32,000 bases of DNA from Candidatus Thorarchaeota archaeon (GCA_048882505.1 JBHLRO010000001.1:483650-515649), one strand, 5' to 3'. Numbered from the stretch's first letter, positions 9,188 through 18,559 are shown. Program-made: numbers and translations. Notes: generated from the sequence alone by a model not told the origin.

Positions 9188-9763
9188 ATGGGAACGCTTA
9201 AACGTTGCGAATGGACGGGAAATGACCCATTAATGATTGAGTATCACGATAAAGAGTGGGGAGTTCCTGTACACGATGATAAGGTATTATACGAGTTCCT
9301 AGTATTGGAGGGAGCGCAGGCTGGATTAAGTTGGTCCACAATACTCAAGCGCCGTGAAGGATATTGGCGCGCCTTCGAAGAATTTGATGTCCAAAGGGTG
9401 GCTCAATTTGATGAAAAAGACATCGAACGGCTTCAACAAGATTCAGGCATTATCCGAAATAAACTAAAGATAAAAAGCGCCATTATCAATGCCCAACGGT
9501 TTATCGATGTTCAAGAAGAATTCGGTTCCTTTGACCAATACCAGTGGGGATTCGTAGATCACCAACCAATACAAAACTCCTTTAAAACCCTTTCAGAAAT
9601 TCCCGCAACAACGGGACTGGCAGAACGCTTTAGTAAGGATTTAAAGAAACGAGGATTTTCCTTTGTCGGCCCAACGATTTGTTATGCACACTTGCAAGCC
9701 ACTGGGGTGGTGAACGATCATCTGATCCATTGTTTCCGGTATCCAGAGGTTATGAAGATATAG
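9188..9763 (+). CDS. tag: DNA-3-methyladenine glycosylase I
   Basis: RCEW...YHDKEWGVP, LEGAQAGLSWSTIL, GIIRNKLKI, LKKRGFSFVGPTICYA, GVVNDHLIHC (Zn ligands present). Confidence 0.96.
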   Translation: MGTLKRCEWTGNDPLMIEYHDKEWGVPVHDDKVLYEFLVLEGAQAGLSWSTILKRREGYWRAFEEFDVQRVAQFDEKDIERLQQDSGIIRNKLKIKSAIINAQRFIDVQEEFGSFDQYQWGFVDHQPIQNSFKTLSEIPATTGLAERFSKDLKKRGFSFVGPTICYAHLQATGVVNDHLIHCFRYPEVMKI

Positions 9764-9776
9764 ATATGGCAGAATA

Positions 9777-10376
9777 TCATCTGATTGTACGTGAGCCAAA
9801 ATAGTACCCTATGGCGAGTTCTAAGATCTGGTTGAACATAACAATTCGCCCCGAGTCCATTGGAATGATCACGGATACAATGTTTATTCCACATACACCC
9901 ATTACCACTAGTAGAATTACAGCTGCTTGAAAATGCTCAAGAATTTCCTTTACTTGGCCTTTTTGACCAGTTTTGGGAGGAAAGACTTTAATTACTATTT
10001 TTTTGATGATTATGCCTAGTATGAATCCAAAAATCGTCAAAATTACAGTGATCATGAAGATAGGGATTTCTTGTTGTTTAAAGAACGTGATAACAACACT
10101 TAGGATCACTATGATGGCCAAAGATACACGTACGGTTCGAGTTGGGAGATAAAGAGGTGGAGGAGACTCTAAGTCAGGTAAATCAGCCTTTTCCGTGAAG
10201 AGGGGAGTGCTAGCTCGAGTGCTATAGTAAAATGCCACTGAAACAATCAAGACATTCCCTAACGCTCGAGGTATCTGTTCCTTGGTCACCAATACCATAA
10301 ATAATGTTGTAAGCGCAACGCTTATAGTAAGAAGAGCTCGAATACTCCCTTTGGGGAGCCATAAAGGATTTGCCAT
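9777..10376 (-). CDS. Multi-pass membrane protein with internal duplication, function unknown
   Basis: About six hydrophobic segments; repeated motifs PLWLPKGSIRA / PLYLPTRTVRV and FYYSTR / YYFGSR. Confidence 0.75.
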   Translation of the reverse strand: MANPLWLPKGSIRALLTISVALTTLFMVLVTKEQIPRALGNVLIVSVAFYYSTRASTPLFTEKADLPDLESPPPLYLPTRTVRVSLAIIVILSVVITFFKQQEIPIFMITVILTIFGFILGIIIKKIVIKVFPPKTGQKGQVKEILEHFQAAVILLVVMGVCGINIVSVIIPMDSGRIVMFNQILELAIGYYFGSRTIR

Positions 10377-10622
10377 CAGCCCAGCCTATTATCCTCATGC
10401 CTTGATATATTACTACCCTATCATTTTGTATTCTGCTGATGGCATCAATATGGGGTATAATCGCCCCCGTTGAAATGTGAAATCGAAAGGCGTTACATGA
10501 ACAATTTCAGGCTAATATCATCTTCAAGCAGACCCTCCAATGCACTATACTTGAGATCACTACCTAAGCTTAAGCAATAATCCCATGTGATGTTGTTAAA
10601 ACGTTTAGAAGGTCTATCTAGG

Positions 10623-11024
10623 TTAAACTTTCTTTTTCAAATCCGCAAACAACTCATGGATATTACCATCGGGGTCTGCAAAAAAAGCTGTTCGCTGATT
10701 CCATGGCATATTCTCAGGTTTCTTTATAGGAACCGCTCCCTTCTTAATAATATCATCATAAACTATGTCAACCTCTTCTGGGGACTCTAAAACAAAAGCT
10801 AATTCAAAGGATTGACCATGACGCCCCTCAGAGTAACTTTGGTGCTTTGTGGCTTCTTTCATTACTGATCTGGTTGTCAATGCAAATCTCACAGTTTCAG
10901 AAAGAAACTCGACATACTGTTCCAATTGTAATTGGATTTGAAATCCTAACACGTTTTTATAAAATTCTGTAACTCCCTCTAGATCATCAGTAATCACCGA
11001 TATAAGGTCTATTTTAGGTTTCAA
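10623..11024 (-). CDS. VOC / glyoxalase family protein
   Basis: ITDDLEGVTEFYKNVLGF and MPWNQRTAFFADPDGNIHEL; SD aaggtga before the TTG start. Confidence 0.92.
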   Translation of the reverse strand: MKPKIDLISVITDDLEGVTEFYKNVLGFQIQLQLEQYVEFLSETVRFALTTRSVMKEATKHQSYSEGRHGQSFELAFVLESPEEVDIVYDDIIKKGAVPIKKPENMPWNQRTAFFADPDGNIHELFADLKKKV

Positions 11025-11803
11025 TAATTTTTCACCTTAATTCCGTGGATTCCTAGAACCAATATTAGTATCCCTACCCATTAAAAGAAGCTCTTGGAAA
11101 TCGGATGAAGTCTTGTTGAATAAAAGGGATCAGAGAAAAAAAAGTTCAAAACTGTCGAGCTGGTTTGGTTAGTAAAATAAATATCAGAAAAAGGATCAGG
11201 ATTCTTATTTTGGATAAATATATTCTGGAAAATTGATCGTAAGTAAAGCATTTTCGGGAAAACTCAGGTTTTTAAATTTATAATTTTCGACTGAAAAGGT
11301 GGGACTATCTACTTTTACATATGAAATTATAGAGCTAAAACGAGTTTTCAATATCATCCGCCCTCAGAAATCTCGTGAAATTGAATTCGCATCAATTAGT
11401 GATCGGGAGTATATTCCATCATTAAAAAAAGTGATATCTATACTAAACTGACATTTAAGAATAATCTAGGAATTAATAAAAGCATTCTTTAGCTCTACTG
11501 AAAGCCATTAGGCCATGCCACAAATCAAAGGGTAACCAATGAATCGCTTAATCAACAAAACAGTAAAGAATTAAGAGGATTATACGAAAATCGAGGCTTT
11601 TATTATAAAAAGTTTTTTAACTAATTTTACTTCATCGCCGGGGGACGAGAACTGACATCATATCACTACCTTTCAATCGTTAGCAAGATTAGACAGTGGG
11701 GAAAAATCAGAACTCGTTGCAAATGAGCGTATTCATTGAGAAGTGAGATGGAATAAGTCTTACTTCAAAAGTGAAAAGCTAGAGGTAAATAGGAGATGAG
11801 ATT

Positions 11804-12337
11804 GTGAGTACATCACAAATTTTGAATAAAAGAAAAAAACTCTTTGCGGCATTGGTGTTCATTGTTTTTTTGTTTTCAATCGCACCAAAAGTAGCAAACG
11901 GCGATACTACTGTCACAGTGAAAAAGTTACAGATAAAAATCACCACTGTATCACACTCAGGTGGGACATTCGGATCTTATGCATTTGATATTCAAATGAA
12001 AGTTTTCTGGAAACGTGTCTATAATAGCTATTGGGGTTACTGGGCGTCAGATGGAACTTATGAAGATAACCAATTGGGAGCTACCTATAATACAGGCTTT
12101 TCATCTTCTCCATCAGGAACTGACACTTGGAATGTTTATTCCGACATGTGTTATTCAAAACAAAACTTAAAGGTCGAATTCAGAGTTCGGGGATGGGGCT
12201 GGTGGCTTGGTGCATATATTTATGAAACGAGCCACCTCATGGGAACTAGGTATTACTATAATTATGATGGTGCCGAGGAAATACCTTATTCATATGGTTC
12301 CTTTTCTGTAACGGTCCACTTTCAAGTACTTACATAA
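11804..12337 (+). CDS. Secreted Tyr/Trp/Gly-rich beta-strand protein, function unknown
   Basis: SD aggag and GTG start; class I signal peptide (KRKK-LFAALVFIVFLFSIA-PKVANG); no C-terminal anchor. Confidence 0.75.
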   Translation: MSTSQILNKRKKLFAALVFIVFLFSIAPKVANGDTTVTVKKLQIKITTVSHSGGTFGSYAFDIQMKVFWKRVYNSYWGYWASDGTYEDNQLGATYNTGFSSSPSGTDTWNVYSDMCYSKQNLKVEFRVRGWGWWLGAYIYETSHLMGTRYYYNYDGAEEIPYSYGSFSVTVHFQVLT

Positions 12338-12467
12338 ACAAGCAAAACAAGACCAAAAATCTAATAGAAGTTGATTTAGTATAGAAAGTATGATGATTTC
12401 ATTAGAAATAATGATAATTCTTCATACTTTCCTTTATATTTTTTGCTAATTTAAAAGAAGATGCCAA

Positions 12468-13256
12468 ATGCCTGAAAGAGGAATTATAATGAAAAATATA
12501 ATAAATCCATCATTCTCATATGCCCTTTTCCTATTAATTGTTCTTAATCCCTTTATGATTAACTATGAAAACATTAGTGGTAATACACCAGTGTTATACT
12601 ATGGGAGAACGGTAGAAGAGGGAGTAAACATTCCCCTGAATCTTAATGCCTTTAATGGATCCCAATCTGTGCTTGATGAGCTCAATCAATCAGACTCAGT
12701 CAATGTTACATGGATGACACTGAACGTTTCCTTTTCTCTAAATATGAGTATTTGGAATCACGTTGAAATAGTTCATATTAATGCATCGGGATATTTTGGA
12801 AGGATCACCGCCTATGATAGTGAATTTAGAAATGTTTGGTATCTTTCAGAAATTATAAACGTAACTAACGTCATTGTGTGGAAAGATAATGATCATTCAG
12901 GAGAATATTACTATCGAGAAGCCCTAAAATCGAATTCATTACCTAATATCTCTGGTTCATATGATCAAGAGAAGAATGAATTTGTTATATCAGAGTTTGA
13001 TGAAAGTGAAAATATTTCTACACGTTTAATTGTTGATACACTAAGAGGTGTAACTAAAAAAATTGTCCTCTATGAATCTTCTGCATCGTACAAAGGTACC
13101 TTTAACTGTGATCGCATAGAAATATCTGTAGGTCTGTATGTGCCGCAAAACGATGATGAGAACTTCTTACAGATCATATTTGTTTCGGGTTTTCTTATCG
13201 TGATATCGTTTGTTGGATTTCTTTATAAATATCGAAGGATGAGTCAGAACCAATAG
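12468..13256 (+). CDS. Membrane-anchored surface (glyco)protein
   Basis: N-terminal hydrophobic segment, 10 N-x-S/T sequons and a C-terminal TM helix followed by KYRR. The start could be ATG 12489. Confidence 0.75.
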   Translation: MPERGIIMKNIINPSFSYALFLLIVLNPFMINYENISGNTPVLYYGRTVEEGVNIPLNLNAFNGSQSVLDELNQSDSVNVTWMTLNVSFSLNMSIWNHVEIVHINASGYFGRITAYDSEFRNVWYLSEIINVTNVIVWKDNDHSGEYYYREALKSNSLPNISGSYDQEKNEFVISEFDESENISTRLIVDTLRGVTKKIVLYESSASYKGTFNCDRIEISVGLYVPQNDDENFLQIIFVSGFLIVISFVGFLYKYRRMSQNQ

Positions 13257-13263
13257 TAGACGA

Positions 13264-16065
13264 ATGACTTATCGAGGAAGGAATTTGTTTAACAAAATCC
13301 GTATTCTTCTTTTTCTTCTAATAGGACGGAAAAGAAAGTTATTTTTTACAATTTTCTCTTGTACAGTATTTATTGTCAATTTTCAGGCCTTATTATTCTT
13401 TAATTTTACTAGTATCAATCCTTTCCAAACCTTTGTGAATGATCTCAGCGATGACACGATAACTCTCTATCTGGGTTCTGATGAATTTGACAATACTACT
13501 TCTTTTACTGATATTATGAATGCTTACACATATTTTACAAAGAATCTACCTCAATCTATTCAAAACTATGATGTAAAAAAGACCATATATGCACCTTTTA
13601 ATGTATTTAATCATCCTAATTTTACTGTGATTGACAAGAACTCTTCTAATTATGGTGAGTTCGATAATAGTATTTTTACTTTGGAGAATAGTTTTAGAGA
13701 TCTTCTTCATCAAATAAACAGTTCTGAAAACGGAAGAATCATAACAGGAACAAATAAAATCGAAGGCATAATCTTTTCAGCAGAGCTGGAAAGCTCATCA
13801 GTTTATAAAACAGCCGAAATCCAGATTATTGACTACAAAGAAAACAATAGTAGAATTCTCACAACATTTACTTTCTTAGTGCTAAATCGTCTGCTTTTTG
13901 ATAGTGCTAATTCAATTTCAAGTAATTTTCCTGAACTTGCTTATAATCCTAAAATTATCATACCCTTTAATCAATCGTACAAATTGGGTTGGTTTCGTGG
14001 TTATTTTTCAACTTTTATCACTTTGGAGCTACAAAAAAACGCCTTAACGAATATCGTATTAAATCCTATCCTTAAGGTAAAGTATTTGAATTTTTTAACT
14101 GATTTTCATAAGTATTTAGCGAGTTATCAGTGGGAAGGTATCCATAACTTTCATATTGATAATCAGATTGTTACAATGAGTAAATTAGTGGACGATATAT
14201 TAGTTATTTTCCTAATATTGCTAGCTTTGACATTGATACCCATAATTATTTCTATTCTGTTTTTGATTATATATTCTGAAAATATCCGAAATCATACCTT
14301 CAAAAAAGATTATTTGAAAAAACTATTGTTTCGAGGATATTCCAGAAACTTTATTCTCTTTTATTATTCATTTGAATCAATTGTTATCGTATCTTCTTCA
14401 ATTTTTCTAAGTTTTATCCTCTCATTTGCAGTTTTTGAGACCATTATAATCCAACTCCCTGACATAATTGAACCAGACGCGATATTGGGATTCATTACTG
14501 TAGTAATGAATCCTGTAAATAATGTTGTTTTCCTTTTTTTCCTATTTTTTACTCTTATCTTATTGAATGGAAGGGGTTTATTTCTAAATATACATGATCA
14601 AGCTTTAAAAACTGAAGAATATACAGATCCACAGATAACTGAATACCAACTAAATAAAATCCCTATCCTTGTATTTAGTATACTATTGATCTTATTTATT
14701 AGCTTGACGGTTATTTTTTCTTCAGGGAAGGAGATACCTCTATTTATTGGACTCCTAATCTTCTTATTTGGGATTTGGTTATGGGTAGTTTGTGGACTGT
14801 TTTTTCTGAAAAAAATTTATCGATTTTTTTCCGAAAGATATGAATTAGTTATTGCTTTGAATCTGTTTCATAAGAATTATTTCTCCCAAAGAAAGTTAAC
14901 GGAAGCTTTATTCTGGATATTATTGATCTCTTTTACAGTTCCTTCGTTAATGGATACCTTTGATTATAATCTTCAGAGAGATGCCTATTATAAAACAGGA
15001 GCTGATATTCAACTACAAATTGACCCTTTCATTAACCATGAAGAACTCTTTTTAAAACTAAATGAGGTTCCCGAGATAACGAACTTTGATCTTGTTTATC
15101 AAACGAGCCTTACATTTGGTACTGAATTTACCTCAGTTCCTAATATGTATGAGATAATAGGACTTGATCCAAGAACTTTCTTTTCAAGAAAAAGTTTTGA
15201 ACCAAATTTTCTCGAAGGAATTTTGGTTGATGAGGCAATAGAAGAACTGTCACGTCAGGGAACGGTTCTTATTCCCAATAAGGATATAATGAGACTAAAT
15301 TCTGATATAGAAGAGAATTTCTCGATTTTTGGTTATATAGACTATCCTACTAAAAGTACCAAAGAATATGATCTAAAAATTATAGGGGGTGTGAAACATT
15401 GGCCTTCAAAAACCCTTAAACAGCTTACTGATTATCAAATTCAACTTTTCACATCAATGCAAACTTTATTTGCCCTTATCGATGATTGGAACGTATCTGT
15501 GACACAAATGGTATTAATTGATCTTGTCAATTCAAGTCTCTCTCAAGAATCATACAATTATCTCCTCAATAATCTCTCCAGTAGTGTCTTACTAAATGTG
15601 AACGTACAATTAGAGAATAAAACCTCTTCATATACATATTCGAATCTACAAGGTCAAATATTCGAAATTTTTTCAATTATTGTTTCTAATGCTACGATAT
15701 TAGTTATAGTACCGATTTCATCCATTTTTTTGTTCTATTTGTCCTATAGAATGGAGAACAATGTTGGTATACTGGAATCTATTGGATTTAAGAAGAAAAA
15801 TATTGGTTTAGCTTTTACAGGATACTTTTTTATGCTGTTTGTTATTGGTCTAACAGGTGTTGGAATACTAGGAATATTTTTACTGGAAGTAATTTCCATT
15901 TCAATCACGACTCCGTCCGGCCTCGAGCTAATTCCAAAAATACGAATTGGGTTTTTGGTTATTATATTTTTCATTGAAGGTTTGGTTCTTTTTTTAATTG
16001 CCTTAATTTTCAATAAGCACTACCTAAGAGAGCAACCAGCCAACTTAATAATGAGGAGGGATTAG
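13264..16065 (+). CDS. FtsX/MacB/LolC-like ABC transporter permease (two fused modules)
   Basis: The pattern TM + large extracytoplasmic domain + 3 TM occurs twice; QRDAYYKTGADI; C-terminal GILESIGFKKKNI...FTGYFF; the gene sits 5 nt upstream of an ABC ATPase. Confidence 0.85.
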   Translation: MTYRGRNLFNKIRILLFLLIGRKRKLFFTIFSCTVFIVNFQALLFFNFTSINPFQTFVNDLSDDTITLYLGSDEFDNTTSFTDIMNAYTYFTKNLPQSIQNYDVKKTIYAPFNVFNHPNFTVIDKNSSNYGEFDNSIFTLENSFRDLLHQINSSENGRIITGTNKIEGIIFSAELESSSVYKTAEIQIIDYKENNSRILTTFTFLVLNRLLFDSANSISSNFPELAYNPKIIIPFNQSYKLGWFRGYFSTFITLELQKNALTNIVLNPILKVKYLNFLTDFHKYLASYQWEGIHNFHIDNQIVTMSKLVDDILVIFLILLALTLIPIIISILFLIIYSENIRNHTFKKDYLKKLLFRGYSRNFILFYYSFESIVIVSSSIFLSFILSFAVFETIIIQLPDIIEPDAILGFITVVMNPVNNVVFLFFLFFTLILLNGRGLFLNIHDQALKTEEYTDPQITEYQLNKIPILVFSILLILFISLTVIFSSGKEIPLFIGLLIFLFGIWLWVVCGLFFLKKIYRFFSERYELVIALNLFHKNYFSQRKLTEALFWILLISFTVPSLMDTFDYNLQRDAYYKTGADIQLQIDPFINHEELFLKLNEVPEITNFDLVYQTSLTFGTEFTSVPNMYEIIGLDPRTFFSRKSFEPNFLEGILVDEAIEELSRQGTVLIPNKDIMRLNSDIEENFSIFGYIDYPTKSTKEYDLKIIGGVKHWPSKTLKQLTDYQIQLFTSMQTLFALIDDWNVSVTQMVLIDLVNSSLSQESYNYLLNNLSSSVLLNVNVQLENKTSSYTYSNLQGQIFEIFSIIVSNATILVIVPISSIFLFYLSYRMENNVGILESIGFKKKNIGLAFTGYFFMLFVIGLTGVGILGIFLLEVISISITTPSGLELIPKIRIGFLVIIFFIEGLVLFLIALIFNKHYLREQPANLIMRRD

Positions 16066-16070
16066 ATTCA

Positions 16071-16781
16071 ATGGCTAAAGTCATTGCAGAGTTGGAATGT
16101 AGTGAATTAGTCAAGATTTTCACCACCGAAAATTCTAATGTTTCAAGAGCTGTATTAAAAGGGATTGATCTTAAATGTAAAACTGGAGAATTAATATGCA
16201 TCATTGGGCCAAGCGGTTCTGGAAAAACTACCTTACTTCAAATAATTTCAGGGTTTTTAAAACCCGATGCTGGATTTGTAAAACACGACACACAAATTAT
16301 CAACAACTTTAGTCGAAAGAAACTTGAGGAATATTGGAGAGAAACTATTACCTTTATTTATCAAGATCCTTATGATAACGTCTTTCCACATCTCCCTATC
16401 AAAAGAAATATCCTTATAGCATGTAATCTGAGCAAAAATAGGAGGTTTTTGAACGATGAATTTATTTCAAGGGTATTACTGGAGGTGGATTTGAAAAAGC
16501 ATCTATCCACACCTAGTAATCGCTTATCTGGTGGAGAAATACAGAAATTGGCTTTTGCGATTGCAATTATTCGAAATTCTCAGCTGATCTTACTTGACGA
16601 ACCTACAGGAGAAATTGATGCTGAAGCAAGCCAGAACATCTTTCAAATACTCACCTCTTTATGTCACAGAAAAAAAATGATTGGCATTTTAGTGACTCAT
16701 GATAAACTTGCTTTGAAATATGCAACAAGAGCCTTTTCTCTAACAGAAGGAAGGCTGAATGAAATAAAATTGAATAAATAA
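16071..16781 (+). CDS. ABC transporter ATP-binding protein (LolD/MacB-like)
   Basis: Walker A GPSGSGKTT, Q-loop IYQDP, signature LSGGEIQK, Walker B ILLDEPTG, H-loop VTHD. Confidence 0.95.
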   Translation: MAKVIAELECSELVKIFTTENSNVSRAVLKGIDLKCKTGELICIIGPSGSGKTTLLQIISGFLKPDAGFVKHDTQIINNFSRKKLEEYWRETITFIYQDPYDNVFPHLPIKRNILIACNLSKNRRFLNDEFISRVLLEVDLKKHLSTPSNRLSGGEIQKLAFAIAIIRNSQLILLDEPTGEIDAEASQNIFQILTSLCHRKKMIGILVTHDKLALKYATRAFSLTEGRLNEIKLNK

Positions 16782-17217
16782 ATTGGTGAATCTAATGAAG
16801 TCGACTCTCTTTTCCAAAATTGCCATTTTTTTTCTATTCACATCGGGGATTCCTTTTTATTTTTGCCTGGGCATCATTTTTTACTGATTTTTCTTCCTGA
16901 CGTATTTTTTAACAGTACACACGAACGACAGTAATTTTGACACCTGGTCATCCTGATCCTCCTTTAGGTTTCTTACCAATTGATTTCGTGATGAAATGAA
17001 TAAAATCATTTTGTGAGAAGATGCTATTTCCTATAAGAAAATATTCAAGCAGTCACCTACCAAAAACGACTCAACAAGCGACTAATTAACGGCAAAAACA
17101 GTGAATGTTTCATTAAGAACTAAAAAATGATTCCTTTGCTATGATTTCCTGAAAGTCTTTGATTTTTTTCTCTAATCTCTTTTATTCATCAGAAAACGTA
17201 CATCTGATCTAGAATTC

Positions 17218-17967
17218 CTATTTTTCCTCAGATACCACAGATCTGATCTTCTTTAATTCGGACAACATCTGTTTTCGAAGAATCGCAATACCGGTCGCTC
17301 TGTCTTCCTCTCCGGCAGATCGCTTGGAGCTTCTAAGAGGACTAACTGGGGACGGAGGGGTTGGTTTGGTCACGCCAGGAAAAGAAATTTTCGGCACTGA
17401 AGGACTTAAATGTTGTTTTTCTGGCATGGGAGGTTTTGAAAGGCTCGATGCCGTTGACGAAGGAGTAGGCGATGAAGTGGTTGGCTTGGAGATAGAGGCA
17501 GTTTCTGGAAACGAAAAACTAATTTCGGGCTTAGAAGTAACAGGGGTGGCAGGAGGGGAGGGGGAGATTTTGGCTTCAGGAGCTGCGATTTTTGGAATAG
17601 AAGCACTGGGAATCGGCTCTGGAACTGGAGCAGGCTGTATTGGTTCAGATGGTGGTACCTCCCGTTCATGAGGTGACAGTTCTGTTCTCCCTCCAAAAAG
17701 CCTAGTCACTGAATCGAACTTCGGAATATCTAGGTCTCGAATCTGCTCAAATTGAAACTCTCGCGAAACTCGTTCAAGTGTCGTAGAAGTAATATGACCT
17801 TCAAGAAGGCTTTCCTTTAACATATGTTCAAAACGGAGAGCGTTAACTTGAAATGCGTGTGCCACATGAGCATACTCTTCAAGAGGGAGGCCTCGAAGTT
17901 TGAGAGAGGTGTCGAATCGAAAATCTCGTTGCGTCTTGTCTGTCTTTTTCTTAAACAGCCTTACCAA
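17218..17967 (-). CDS. Protein with helical N-domain, long Pro/Ser/Thr-rich disordered linker and amphipathic C-terminal helix
   Basis: SD gagga and TTG start; about 110 aa of low-complexity P/S/T/K sequence; C-terminal EDRATGIAILRKQMLSELKKIR. Overlapping ORFs in other frames look like shadows. Confidence 0.8.
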   Translation of the reverse strand: MVRLFKKKTDKTQRDFRFDTSLKLRGLPLEEYAHVAHAFQVNALRFEHMLKESLLEGHITSTTLERVSREFQFEQIRDLDIPKFDSVTRLFGGRTELSPHEREVPPSEPIQPAPVPEPIPSASIPKIAAPEAKISPSPPATPVTSKPEISFSFPETASISKPTTSSPTPSSTASSLSKPPMPEKQHLSPSVPKISFPGVTKPTPPSPVSPLRSSKRSAGEEDRATGIAILRKQMLSELKKIRSVVSEEK

Positions 17968-18559
17968 GGTTGGTCAATCCTCGAGCCTATAATGTACCGA
18001 CGAAAGGGTATAGTTCAATTTTTCGGCTTTAAATCTTAGGATGGATATTCCATCCAATTATCATCAAGAGAGTTTAATAGTTATATACTTTTATTATTAT
18101 ACATTCGAATTGTGTTGCCACTCCTCTTCGTGTATTAAGATTGACTAGGTTCTTTATTCTTCTACCTAAGATTAAATCGCGTTTATCTAATGATTGATCC
18201 TGCTTGTGTACTTTTCCCCCTATCTTCCATACATACAGACAATGAATTAGGACATACTTGAACGTCAATGCCCCCTCCTAGGCCTAATCCTCGAAAAAAT
18301 CAAAATTCCATCTGTGGCCATTTGTCATCTAGTAAGACCGAACTTAGTTTTCAAAGGTCTTATACATACTCCACTTACGATAAACTTGTGAAGGGAGGCT
18401 TAATGAACGCTCTAGAGTTCTATGTTGTTCTCTACTTCACATTTTGAAAACGGAAGTTAAAGACCCAAATACTGAACACCAAAAGTTAAAAAGAGAAACT
18501 AGGACCAACCATTTTACGGGATAGCACCTGGAATTATCGTAAATACTGAGGTATTACAT

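Larger units (their letters stand above)
11025..17200. other. Low-GC island (probable lateral acquisition) carrying a four-gene secretion/ABC cluster
   Basis: Hand counts on 60-nt lines gave 25% GC at 13561 and 14221 and 38% at 15241, versus 45% at 8521 and 19081. Long AT-rich spacers lie at both ends. No integrase or att site was seen, so the boundaries are approximate. Confidence 0.6.

Noticed and set aside
11299-11451. 50-codon GTG ORF in the AT-rich spacer
   Set aside because: No SD, no recognisable motif and an in-frame stop just upstream; possibly a remnant but unsupported.
11025-17200. Island as an integrated mobile element
   Set aside because: No integrase, transposase, terminal repeats or tRNA target were found; only the compositional anomaly is reported.
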